Notes: generated by a model not told the origin, from the letters alone. DNA of 51,808 nucleotides from Candidatus Omnitrophota bacterium (GCA_023247275.1 JAHFGT010000006.1:1-51808); one strand, 5' to 3'. Shown: positions 12,002 to 20,767, numbered from the stretch's first letter. Translations and numbers: made by a program.

Positions 12002-12838
12002 CTACACGGCCAGGCCTGAGCAGACCTCGGCCGGAGCTGGGGATGATTGATAGTCAGGGTTGTCTGCGAGGATGTCGCGGATGGTGGGATGGTCTCCGCA
12101 CACCGCACACGCGGGATCTCGCCGGAGGGCTACCTCACGAAACCGGCTGGCGGCCCCCTCAATGATCAGGAATCGGTTCACCAACGGTTCGCCGATTCCC
12201 AATAACAGCTTCAAGGCTTCATGCGCCATCAGCGTGCCGACGACCCCGGCCACCGAGCCCAGGACCCCGGCCGCTTGGCAAGTGGGGATCGCGTCAGGCA
12301 GCGGTGGCTCAGGAAACACGCACCGCAGGCAGGCGCCCTGGCGCGGCAGCACGGTCAGGACTTGGCCGCCGACGTGGATCGCCCCGGCGTGCACCAACGG
12401 CTTGCCCAAGACCACCGCCACATCATTCGCCAGGTACCGCGTCGGGAAATTGTCCGACCCGTCAACCATCAGGTCGTAGCGCTGACACAGCTCCTGGGCC
12501 ATCGCCGGACGCAGCCGGTCGTGGATGGGCTCAACGACCACATCAGGATTCAGTTGCGTGATCCGTTGAGCGGCTGACGCGACTTTGGGTTGTCCGACGT
12601 GCTGGGTCGCGTGAACAATTTGCCGATGCAAATTGCCGAGCGAGACCACGTCTGAATCGATAATGCCCAACCGCCCGACCCCTGCCCCAGCGAGATACAG
12701 CGATGCTGGCGAGCCCAATCCGCCGGCGCCGATGATGAGCACCGAGGCCTGGAACAGCTGTTGCTGGCCCCGCACGCCAACCTCTGGCACGATCAGTTGC
12801 CGCGCGTACCGCTCAACCTGTTGCTTGGAAAGACCCAT
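12002..12838 (-). CDS. moeB: MoeB/ThiF E1-like adenylyltransferase, no rhodanese domain
   Basis: RYARQL, GAGGLGS, NLHRQ, DGSDNFPTRY, CLRC, TCQAAGVLG, CAVC. Confidence 0.92.
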   Translation of the reverse strand: MGLSKQQVERYARQLIVPEVGVRGQQQLFQASVLIIGAGGLGSPASLYLAGAGVGRLGIIDSDVVSLGNLHRQIVHATQHVGQPKVASAAQRITQLNPDVVVEPIHDRLRPAMAQELCQRYDLMVDGSDNFPTRYLANDVAVVLGKPLVHAGAIHVGGQVLTVLPRQGACLRCVFPEPPLPDAIPTCQAAGVLGSVAGVVGTLMAHEALKLLLGIGEPLVNRFLIIEGAASRFREVALRRDPACAVCGDHPTIRDILADNPDYQSSPAPAEVCSGLAV

Positions 12839-12852
12839 GGATCTGCGCGTGA

Positions 12853-12925
12853 GTTCAATGGCTCAATTGCTCAGCGGCTCCAGAGGAACCAGCCATTGAG
12901 CCAATGAACAATTGCACCAATGAGC
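12853..12925. repeat. Period-8 tandem repeat array forming an imperfect inverted repeat
   Basis: gttcaatggctcaattgct (12853-12871) pairs with agccattgagccaatgaac (12891-12909) at 17/19; octads gccattga/gccaatga/acaattgc/accaatga. Confidence 0.7.
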
Positions 12926-13209
12926 GACGTGCGTGAGCCGCCGGCAATCGCCGGAATGATGGACACGTCGTCGCCATCCTTGACAGCCGTGTGATCCCCT
13001 TGAAGAAATCGGATGTCTTCTTCGTTGACGAAGATGTTCACAAACCGGCGCAATTTGCCCTGCGGGTCGCAGATCCGTTCTTTGATCCCTGGATAGCGCC
13101 GGTCCAGGTCGGCCAACAGCTCAGCAATCGTGTGCCCATCGCACGAGACTTCTGTCTGACCATTGGTCAGTCGCTGCAACGGGGTCGGGATCCGGACGGT
13201 AATCGCCAT
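12871..13209 (-). CDS. MoaD/ThiS/CysO ubiquitin-like sulfur carrier with a 21-aa extension after GG
   Basis: VRIPTPL...RRFVNIFVNEEDIR...VSIIPAIAGG followed by SRTSLIGAIVHWLNGWFLWSR; GAGGAGGAG RBS. Confidence 0.92.
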   Translation of the reverse strand: MAITVRIPTPLQRLTNGQTEVSCDGHTIAELLADLDRRYPGIKERICDPQGKLRRFVNIFVNEEDIRFLQGDHTAVKDGDDVSIIPAIAGGSRTSLIGAIVHWLNGWFLWSR

Positions 13210-13218
13210 GACTCCTCC

Positions 13219-14475
13219 TCAATGACCGAGTTGGTCCGCTAACTGTGATTCGAATGACGCCAGGGTGGGCTTGATCCGCACCCCTTGGCCGACGCGGTTG
13301 ACGAGCGGCTCTTGGGTTTTCAGCCCGTTGCCGGTGATGCAGATGACGATCGACTCATCGCGCGGGATCGTACCTTGCTCAATTAACTGTTTCGCCACCG
13401 CCAGCGTGACCCCACCGGCGGTCTCGGTGAACACGCCTTCGGTCTCGGCCAACAACTTCATCGCTTCCACAATCTCCTCATCGCTGGCCGACGCTGCCCC
13501 GCCGCCCGACTCAAGAACGCACCGTGTCGCGTAGTAGCCGTCTGCTGGGTTGCCAATCGCCAGCGATTTCGCAATCGTGTTCGGCTTCACCGGCTTGACG
13601 ATGATGTCGTCGTCCGGACCGCCGGCATAGCTCTTGATGGTATTGACGATGGGAGCGCACCCTGTCGCCTGCGCGGCATACAGCCGGGTGTGCGCCTCGT
13701 CAATCAACCCGAGCAGCTTGAGCTCTTTGAGCGCCTTGCTGATCTTGGTGATGAGCGACCCTCCGGCCGCCGGGATCACGATATGCTGCGGCGGCCGCCA
13801 GCCCAGCTGTTCGACGATTTCATAGGCGTACGTTTTTGATCCTTCGGCATAGTACGGGCGGATATTGATGTTCACAAACGCCCACGGATACTTGGCCCCG
13901 ATCTCGGCGCACAGCCGATTGACCTCGTCATACGTCCCTTCAACCGCCACTAATGTTGGATGATAAATCAGCGACGCAACGATCTTGCCGGCTTCGAGAT
14001 CGGCGGGGATAAAAATGTAGCGCGCAAGTCCGGCCCGAGCCGCATGGGCCGCGACAGAGTTCGCCAGGTTGCCGGTTGAGGCGCAGGCTACGGTATCAAA
14101 CCCAAACTCTCTGGCCCGGGTCAGCGCGACCGAGACCACCCGATCCTTGAACGAGAGCGTCGGATGACTGACCGAATCGTCTTTGATGTAGAGCTCGTCG
14201 ACGCCCAGCGCCTGCGCCAGCCGCTCGGCGCGAAACAACGGCGTGTAGCCAGAAAACAATCCGACGGTCGGGTCGCCCTCAATCGGCAGGAGTTCCCGAT
14301 AGCGCCAGAGCGATTTGGGCCGGGTCGCCAGCGCCGCCTTGGTGAAGACCTGGCGGATCGCCTCATAATCGTACTCGACCTCGACGCTGCCAAAGCAGTA
14401 CTCGCAGACGAACACCACCTCTTTAGGATAGAGATGGCCGCATTGACGACATTTGAGTCCGACAAAAAAGCTCAT
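13219..14475 (-). CDS. thrC: Threonine synthase-like PLP enzyme
   Basis: N-terminal CxxC..CxxC, PTLSFKDR (PLP Lys), ASTGN, NIRPYYAEGSKT, ITGNGLK. Confidence 0.88.
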   Translation of the reverse strand: MSFFVGLKCRQCGHLYPKEVVFVCEYCFGSVEVEYDYEAIRQVFTKAALATRPKSLWRYRELLPIEGDPTVGLFSGYTPLFRAERLAQALGVDELYIKDDSVSHPTLSFKDRVVSVALTRAREFGFDTVACASTGNLANSVAAHAARAGLARYIFIPADLEAGKIVASLIYHPTLVAVEGTYDEVNRLCAEIGAKYPWAFVNINIRPYYAEGSKTYAYEIVEQLGWRPPQHIVIPAAGGSLITKISKALKELKLLGLIDEAHTRLYAAQATGCAPIVNTIKSYAGGPDDDIIVKPVKPNTIAKSLAIGNPADGYYATRCVLESGGGAASASDEEIVEAMKLLAETEGVFTETAGGVTLAVAKQLIEQGTIPRDESIVICITGNGLKTQEPLVNRVGQGVRIKPTLASFESQLADQLGH

Positions 14476-14514
14476 GGATGGATTGAGCCGGTCGCGTGCG
14501 GAATGCGCATCGCC

Positions 14515-14775
14515 CTACGAATCCTGGATCAGATCCCGCTTGCGGACCAAGAGCCGCACCCCCTGGGTGGCCGGCTCACTGATGAGGATCTCATGCCCTT
14601 CAGCGCGTAGGCCGAACGGAATCGTATTGAGCGGTTCGCCCTCGTCGACATACAGCTCTAGCACCTCGTTCTCGGCCATCTGATTCAACCGGTCGACGGC
14701 TTGCCGATAGCTGGCCGGTCGCTCGACCCCTCGGACATCCAGCGTCTGATCAACGCGCAGCCCTTGTGGAACCAC
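14515..14775 (-). CDS. TusA/SirA-like protein lacking the CPxP cysteine
   Basis: LDVRGVERP...LELYVDEGEPLNTIP...EGHEIL matches the TusA pattern; no Cys in the protein. Confidence 0.7.
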   Translation of the reverse strand: MVPQGLRVDQTLDVRGVERPASYRQAVDRLNQMAENEVLELYVDEGEPLNTIPFGLRAEGHEILISEPATQGVRLLVRKRDLIQDS

Positions 14776-14791
14776 TACAGCCTCCTGGTCG

Positions 14792-15733
14792 TCATCCTTC
14801 GAAATACGGTTGAATGCTCAAGTACCGCTCGCCAGTATCTGGACACACGACGACCACGGTCTTGTCAGGCCCCAGCTCCGCGGCGACACGGGCGGCTGCC
14901 CAGCACGCTGCTCCGGAGGAAATCCCCATGAACAACCCTTCTTCTCGGCCCAAGCGCTTCGCCATGTCGTATGCGTGTTCGTCCGCCACGGTCACGATCT
15001 CGTCGATGATCTCGCGATGGAGCACCTGCGGGACAAATCCGGCGCCGATTCCTTGGATCATATGCCGGCCAGGCGCCCTGCCGGACAGCACCGCAGAGGT
15101 CGTGGGTTCCACCGCAACGATTTTGACGCGCGGGTTGCGCTGCTTGAGGACCTCTCCAACACCGGTGATGGTCCCACCGGTGCCCACCCCGGCGACGAAC
15201 GCATCGATGTCACCTTCGGTGGCGTTGAGAATCTCCTGCGCGGTCGTGCGGCGATGCACCTCTGGATTGGCCGGGTTCGTAAATTGTTGCGGCATAAATG
15301 CCCCGGTGTCTTTCGCGATCTGCTCCGCCCGTTTCACAGCGCCGACCATGCCCTCCCGCTCAGGCGTCAACACCACCTGGGCGCCGTAGCTGTTGAGGAT
15401 CTGGATGCGCTCAGCGCTCATCGTCTCCGGCATGGTCAAGATGACCGGGTACCCCTTCACCGCGCCAATCATGGCCAGACCGATCCCGGTGTTGCCGCTG
15501 GTTGGCTCGACGATGGTGGACCCTGACTTCAGCAGCCCGCGCGTTTCCGCCTCCTCCACCATCGCCAGGCAGATGCGATCCTTAACGCTGCCACCAGGAT
15601 TAAACGATTCCAGCTTGGCGAGTACCGTGGCGGATCGCTGCTCCAGAATACGCTTGAGCCGCACCATCGGCGTGTTGCCGATGAGCTCCAACACACTGCT
15701 GGCGACTTGTCGTCTGGCACGGCTGCCCATCAC
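14792..15733 (-). CDS. cysK: Cysteine synthase A
   Basis: IGNTPMV, NPGGSVKDR, EPTSGNTG, GVGTGGT, IQGIG, DTGERYLS. Confidence 0.95.
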   Translation of the reverse strand: MMGSRARRQVASSVLELIGNTPMVRLKRILEQRSATVLAKLESFNPGGSVKDRICLAMVEEAETRGLLKSGSTIVEPTSGNTGIGLAMIGAVKGYPVILTMPETMSAERIQILNSYGAQVVLTPEREGMVGAVKRAEQIAKDTGAFMPQQFTNPANPEVHRRTTAQEILNATEGDIDAFVAGVGTGGTITGVGEVLKQRNPRVKIVAVEPTTSAVLSGRAPGRHMIQGIGAGFVPQVLHREIIDEIVTVADEHAYDMAKRLGREEGLFMGISSGAACWAAARVAAELGPDKTVVVVCPDTGERYLSIQPYFEG

Positions 15734-15969
15734 GTCCCTGTCCCCGAAGAGTGCAGATGGATCGCATGGGGAGCCGGTTCGCTGACGCGATGGCCTTGGT
15801 CACGGGCCCAGGAGAGGATGTCGCGCCTCACGTCATCGCTATTATAGCGGACCACCAGGTGGCTGCCAGGCACCAGCCGACGCATGGCTGTCCCGACCAC
15901 CGCCAACGCTTGGGCGCACAACATGTCTTGGACATCGACGAGCAACCGGTCCATTATACTGGGCCGCAT
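15730..15969 (-). CDS. TusA/SirA-like sulfur carrier (CAQA in place of CPxP)
   Basis: VDVQDMLCAQAL...PGSHLVV...RDILSWARDQGH; stop overlaps the cysK start. Confidence 0.7.
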   Translation of the reverse strand: MRPSIMDRLLVDVQDMLCAQALAVVGTAMRRLVPGSHLVVRYNSDDVRRDILSWARDQGHRVSEPAPHAIHLHSSGTGT

Positions 15970-16005
15970 CAGATCGTGGCAATCTTGTTAGCCGTCCCTC
16001 AGCCA

Positions 16006-16038
16006 CCAGACTTCAGAAAGTCTGAGGTCTGGAGTCTG
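16006..16038. repeat. Hairpin built from AGACTTC-type heptamers
   Basis: ccagacttcaga-aag-tctgaggtctgg followed by agtctg; intergenic. Confidence 0.6.
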
Positions 16039-16072
16039 CTGGCGCCGGTTGACCTATTCACGAATCGCGACC

Positions 16073-16480
16073 TCATGGCGTGATTGCGATCTCTTCGGGT
16101 CTCACGGTCGTACCGTCAATGTGATAGCTCTTGATGTCCGGCTGAGCTTGATCCTTTAGCGAGACCAGGACATACGACACCTCTGGCGAGATGGCCAGAC
16201 TCACGTCGACCGAGGATGGGTAGGCTGGGCTGGCCGTATGCGAATGATAAATGGCCACCAGCCGTTGACCTTTTTGCCGCATCTGCTTGTCGACACGGAG
16301 CTGTTCCTTTGGATCCATCGAATACCCGATGGGGCTGTCCTCGACATTGCTCATTCGATACAGCTCAACCGCCAGTCCGAGTTGGGCTGAGCCGGCGAGC
16401 AGGCCGCACGCCTCTTTCGGATAGGCGCTGCGGCAGTGTGCGAGCATGTCGTCGACCAGTCCGCGCGACAGCTTCAGCAT
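16073..16480 (-). CDS. JAMM/M67 metalloprotease (Mec / CysO-cysteine peptidase-like)
   Basis: PKEACG and YHSHTASPAYPSSVD (E...HxH-x7-S-x2-D). Confidence 0.92.
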   Translation of the reverse strand: MLKLSRGLVDDMLAHCRSAYPKEACGLLAGSAQLGLAVELYRMSNVEDSPIGYSMDPKEQLRVDKQMRQKGQRLVAIYHSHTASPAYPSSVDVSLAISPEVSYVLVSLKDQAQPDIKSYHIDGTTVRPEEIAITP

Positions 16481-16492
16481 GCCTGCCAGGAT

Positions 16493-17659
16493 CTACCGGG
16501 TTGTCGCAGCCGGCTGGCCCTGCGTCCGCATCGATTCGATCAGCACCGCGGCGACCTCGGGTCGGGACACCTCTGGCGGCGGCGGGGTGCCGGCTTGCAA
16601 CAGCTCACGGACCTTGGTTCCGCTCAAGCTGACATGTCGCTCTGGCGGGTGCGGGCAGGTCTTGCTGGACACCATGCTGGCGCACACAGTGCAATAGGCC
16701 GCGTTCTCGAAGCAGAGCGGGATAATGCCGATCTCTTCAGGGGCAAACTCATCGAACATCCGCTGCGCATCATACGTGCCGTAAAACTTGCCGACGCCGG
16801 CATGGTCACGCCCGACGATAAAATGGGTGCAGCCATAGTTTTTTCGGATCAGCGCGTGAAAGATCGCTTCCTTCGGACCGGCGTAGCGCATCGACGCCGG
16901 GTTGACGGCCAGCACGACCCGATCTTTCGGATAGTAGTTGGCCAACAACACCTCGTAGCTGCGCATCCGAACCGCAGCCGGGACATCATCGCCTTTTGTT
17001 TCCCCAACGATGGGATGCAACAGCATCCCATCGCACATCTCCAGCGCGCACTTTTGCAGATGCTCGTGGGCCCGATGGATCGGATTGCGAGTCTGGAAAG
17101 CGACAATCCGCTTCCACCCGCGCTCGGCGAACAGCCGGCGCGTGTCCGCCGGATCAAGCCGATAGGGTAAAAACGTCGCTGGTGGTGGGCGATTAACGAC
17201 GCTGATCTGTCCACCCAGATAGACCGGCCCGGTGGCCTCGAGCCGCTTGACCCCAGGATGGGATGGATCGGTCGTGCCAAAGACGGCTTGCGCCTCTCGG
17301 GTTTTGTCCGGCGTGTAGCGTTCCTCGACGTGAAGGATGGCGACCACCTGTCCGTCCGACGCCAACGCCACATCGCCCCGCAACCCAGCGGCGTGTTCTT
17401 GGGTCACCGACAGCGTCACCGGGATGGTCCAAACCAGCCCAGTGGCCAATCGACGGTTGGCGAGCACGCTGTCGTAGTCGGCCCGCCCCATAAATCCCTG
17501 CAACGGGCTCAACCCGCCGATCGCGATCATTTCAACATCCGACAACGCCCAGGGATCGAGTGCGATCTGTGGGAGGCTGCGACTGGTGTGCAGCAGCGAC
17601 TCTCGCTCGCTGCCTTGCACGATTCGATTGATCAATGTTCCGCCGTGCGGTGCGACCAT
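16493..17659 (-). CDS. sat: Sulfate adenylyltransferase
   Basis: APHGG, FQTRNPIHRAHE, MRYAGPKEA, VGRDHAG, SGTKVR. Confidence 0.96.
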   Translation of the reverse strand: MVAPHGGTLINRIVQGSERESLLHTSRSLPQIALDPWALSDVEMIAIGGLSPLQGFMGRADYDSVLANRRLATGLVWTIPVTLSVTQEHAAGLRGDVALASDGQVVAILHVEERYTPDKTREAQAVFGTTDPSHPGVKRLEATGPVYLGGQISVVNRPPPATFLPYRLDPADTRRLFAERGWKRIVAFQTRNPIHRAHEHLQKCALEMCDGMLLHPIVGETKGDDVPAAVRMRSYEVLLANYYPKDRVVLAVNPASMRYAGPKEAIFHALIRKNYGCTHFIVGRDHAGVGKFYGTYDAQRMFDEFAPEEIGIIPLCFENAAYCTVCASMVSSKTCPHPPERHVSLSGTKVRELLQAGTPPPPEVSRPEVAAVLIESMRTQGQPAATTR

Positions 17660-18978
17660 TCCCCCTCCTGTTGACTGTTCAGACGTTGTAACCGTTGCTT
17701 GATGGCCTGCTCAGCCCCCAACTCTGTCGGTTCATAGTAGGCTCGCCGCGTCGGCACATAGGCTTGTTTGACGTGGTGCTCAGGATAGTCGTGCGCGTAC
17801 TTGTACCCCACGCCGCGCCCCAAGGACGCGGCCCCACGGTAGTGCGCATCTTTCAGATGGTCAGGCACCTCAAGGGTACGACCCTGTTTGACATCTTCTA
17901 ACGCCCGCTCAATGCCCAGGTACGCTGCGTTGGACTTTGGCGCGCAAGCCACATAGATCGCGGCTTCGGCCAACGGAATCCGCCCCTCTGGCATGCCGAC
18001 AAATTCGACCGCGTGCATCGCTGCGGTCGCGAGAATCAGCGCCTGCGGATCTGCCAGGCCCACATCTTCGGCCGCGCAGATCACGATCCGCCGCACAATC
18101 AACCGAGGATCTTCGCCGGCGTACAGCATCTTCGCCAGCCAATACAAGGTCGCCTGGGGATCTGAGCCGCGCATCGATTTGATCAACGCGGAGATGGTGT
18201 CATAGTGCGCGTCGCCCTGCTGGTCATACACGACCGCCTTCTTTTGAATCGACTCTTCGATCGCCTGTCGGGTCAGCATAATCGTCCCGTCATCGCGCTT
18301 CGCCGTCGTCAGCGCGGCCACCTCGAGCGCGCTCAGCGCACGGCGCGCATCCCCGTCGCAGACCTCAGCCAGATAGGCCAGCGCCGGCTCTTCAGCGCGA
18401 ATCGACAGCTGCCCAAGCCCATGATCCGCATCGGTCAATGCGCGTTGCAGCACGATTCGAATGTCCGCCGGTAATAGCGGTGTAAATTCACACACGATCG
18501 ACCGCGATAACAATGCTGGGGCCAAGGCGAAAAATGGGTTGAACGTCGTCGCCCCGATGAGAATGGGATTGCCCTGCTCAACGTCTGGCATTAGCACATC
18601 CTGCTGCGCCTTGTTGAATCGATGGATTTCGTCGATGAACAAGATGGTCCGCCGGCCGGTCATGTGGGCTCGCTGCTTGGCCGAAGCGAGCGCGGCCCGT
18701 ACGTCGCTGACACCGGCGGCGGTGGCGTTGAGCGGCTCGAAATACGCGTGGGTGGTGTGCGCCACGATATTCGCCATCGCGGTCTTCCCGGTGCCTGGCG
18801 GTCCGTACAAGATGAGCGATGTGATCCGGTCCGCTTCGATGGCGCGCCGGAGCAGCTTGTCAGGACCAACCAGCTCGGCCTGGCCAACAAACTCGTCGAG
18901 TGTGCGCGGACGCATCCGGGCCGCCAGCGGTTGCGGCGGGCCGGCGGACGCTGGAGCAGACGACTCAAACAGGTCCAT
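17632..18978 (-). CDS. rarA: Replication-associated recombination protein A (MgsA)
   Basis: PLAARMRP, GPPGTGKT, DEIHRFNKAQQD, HYDTISALIKSMRGSD, PKSN, YKYAHDY. Confidence 0.95.
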   Translation of the reverse strand: MDLFESSAPASAGPPQPLAARMRPRTLDEFVGQAELVGPDKLLRRAIEADRITSLILYGPPGTGKTAMANIVAHTTHAYFEPLNATAAGVSDVRAALASAKQRAHMTGRRTILFIDEIHRFNKAQQDVLMPDVEQGNPILIGATTFNPFFALAPALLSRSIVCEFTPLLPADIRIVLQRALTDADHGLGQLSIRAEEPALAYLAEVCDGDARRALSALEVAALTTAKRDDGTIMLTRQAIEESIQKKAVVYDQQGDAHYDTISALIKSMRGSDPQATLYWLAKMLYAGEDPRLIVRRIVICAAEDVGLADPQALILATAAMHAVEFVGMPEGRIPLAEAAIYVACAPKSNAAYLGIERALEDVKQGRTLEVPDHLKDAHYRGAASLGRGVGYKYAHDYPEHHVKQAYVPTRRAYYEPTELGAEQAIKQRLQRLNSQQEGEWSHRTAEH

Positions 18979-19073
18979 AGGTTGACTGACTCCGACGGCG
19001 ACAACTGCCTCGGGGAGAGACGAAGAATGCGTTGGCGTTGCTCACACGAACACGTGATCTGCGGGAAAGAAAA

Positions 19074-19252
19074 AGCCCCGCCTCTGCCGTGGGTTTGTCC
19101 ACGTTGAACCCAACCTCTTCAGGTGGGTATCCTCCCCGACGGGGCGATGGATCCCTCAACAGCTCGGGCCTGCGTCCCCCGACAGGAGCCGGATTCCCGG
19201 TCACGTGGTGTTGGCTCACGTCGAACAGAACCTCACGCACAGCGCAGGGCCA
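19074..19252 (-). ncRNA. ssrS: 6S RNA
   Basis: About 180 nt; 5' GCCCUGCGCUGUGCGUG pairs with 3' CACGGCAGAGGCGGGGC; internal CCCACCUG...GGGUUCAA typical of 6S; sigma70-like promoter upstream; next to rarA. Confidence 0.72.
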
Positions 19253-19258
19253 GCTCTT

Positions 19259-19287
19259 AGGCTAGCACCCTGGCACGGGATTTTCAA
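19259..19287 (-). promoter_or_regulatory. Sigma70-like promoter of the putative 6S RNA
   Basis: TTGAAA-17 nt-TAGCCT with extended TG. Confidence 0.5.
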
Positions 19288-19396
19288 GACTTCACGTAGA
19301 CTTCGGACCTCAGACTTCAGACATCAGGAAAAATAGAACTTCGTAGCAACAAGCCTCTTCGCTTGGCATTTTCTGAAGTCTGCTGTCTCATGTCCG
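19287..19396. repeat. AGACTTC-like heptamer array with an inverted arm
   Basis: agacttc/ggacctc/agacttc/agacatc at 19298-19325 and tctgaagtctgctgtctcatgtccg at 19372-19396. Confidence 0.6.
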
Positions 19397-19409
19397 CAGA
19401 TCGCCTGAC

Positions 19410-20129
19410 TCATTGTTCTTCCGATGCGGTAGCCTTTCCGATGTCATGGATGCCGCACTCGGTCCGCTGCCCGGCCCATCGACCAGATCGTGGATGGCTC
19501 GGGTCGACCGGGCGCAGCGTGCATGGCCAACAGCCGATCGACGTGTACCCCTGCTTCCAGAGCGGATGAGACGGCAGTTGGTGCTTGGTCAAATAGGCGT
19601 GGTACTCTTTCGCCGTCCAGGTCGCCAGCGGCGCGACCTTGGTGACGCCGTTGGCCAGCCGTTCCACAAACGGCGTGGCCGCCCGGGTTGGCGCATCGGA
19701 CCGGCTGATCCCGCTAATCCAGCCGCGCAGCCCGGCCAGAGCTCGCTCGGTCGTTTCTACTTTATAGGGGCTGCAGCAGTTGTCCGGATGCCCGATCGGC
19801 AGATGCGCGTGCTCTTTTTTCCATCGGTTCACATCCAGGCGAGTTTTATAGACGGCGAGGTTCAACTTGAATTGCTTGCGCAACTGCTCCATGAACTCGT
19901 ACGTCTCAGGAAACAAGAGCCCAGTGTCCACGACCCGAATGCTGATCGCCGGATCGACCTGGGTCGCCAGATGGATCAAAGCCGCGCTTCTGGCGCCGAA
20001 TGACGAGGTCATGGCGACCTCGGGACGGAACGTGTCCACCGCCCAGCGGATGATGTCCTGTGGCGGTGTGGTGACGAACCGCTTGTTCAATTGCTCAAGT
20101 TCATCCTGGCTGAGCGGTGTGTGCGCCAT
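19410..20129 (-). CDS. cysH: APS/PAPS reductase, [4Fe-4S] type
   Basis: DTGLLFPETY, CC pair, SIGCWPCT, RSGRW, ECGIH; GGGAG RBS before ATG 20129. Confidence 0.93.
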   Translation of the reverse strand: MAHTPLSQDELEQLNKRFVTTPPQDIIRWAVDTFRPEVAMTSSFGARSAALIHLATQVDPAISIRVVDTGLLFPETYEFMEQLRKQFKLNLAVYKTRLDVNRWKKEHAHLPIGHPDNCCSPYKVETTERALAGLRGWISGISRSDAPTRAATPFVERLANGVTKVAPLATWTAKEYHAYLTKHQLPSHPLWKQGYTSIGCWPCTLRPVDPSHPRSGRWAGQRTECGIHDIGKATASEEQ

Positions 20130-20144
20130 GGAACACTCCCGAGG

Positions 20145-20205
20145 ATCGGGGACAGCCACTCATTTCCCACGCATTCGTCCTAAGAAATGAGTGGCTGTCC
20201 CCGAT
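20145..20205. repeat. Perfect 22-bp inverted repeat with a 17-nt loop (REP-like)
   Basis: atcggggacagccactcatttc ... gaaatgagtggctgtccccgat between cysC and cysH. Confidence 0.85.
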
Positions 20206-20741
20206 TATGCACGAGGAATCCAGTCGTGCTGCTCCAGATAGTCCAGGATCTTCCGGACGCTCTCATCGACCGACAGACGTTCTGAGTCAATGAGGATCTC
20301 TGGTTGGAGCGGCGGTTCGTACGGATCTGAGACCCCGGTGAAGTGTGGGATCTCGCCGGCAAGCGCTTTCTTGTACAGCCCTTTCACGTCCCGCTTGGTC
20401 AGCGCCTCAAGAGAGCACTGCACGTAGACCTCAATAAAGTGGCCGATCTCTCGACGATTGTGGTCCCGGATCTCGCGGTACGGGGAAATCGCCGCGCTGA
20501 TCGCCACGACGCCATTGCGCGTCAGCAGCTTGCAGACATAGCCGATCCGCTTGATATTGGTATCTCGGTCTTCCTTGCTAAACCCTAATCCCTTGCTCAA
20601 GTTCGTGCGCACTTCGTCCCCGTCAAGGATTTCAACCTGCAGGCCGCGCCGACGTAATTCCTGCGCGATCGGCACGGAGAGCGTTGACTTGCCGGCTCCG
20701 GATAGTCCGGTCAACCACACCGTGAATCCTCTCTGTGCCAT
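20205..20741 (-). CDS. cysC: Adenylyl-sulfate kinase
   Basis: [39 protein letters not shown]. Confidence 0.96.
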   Translation of the reverse strand: MAQRGFTVWLTGLSGAGKSTLSVPIAQELRRRGLQVEILDGDEVRTNLSKGLGFSKEDRDTNIKRIGYVCKLLTRNGVVAISAAISPYREIRDHNRREIGHFIEVYVQCSLEALTKRDVKGLYKKALAGEIPHFTGVSDPYEPPLQPEILIDSERLSVDESVRKILDYLEQHDWIPRA

Positions 20742-20767
20742 GCGCTGGTCTCCCCTCCTGTAGCAGA

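Noticed and set aside
11730-16480. Ubl/E1/JAMM as an anti-phage ubiquitination system
   Set aside because: No E2 or cyclase gene, and the context is sulfur metabolism
19287-19396. CRISPR array
   Set aside because: Units are 7 bp with no spacers, and there are no cas genes in the window
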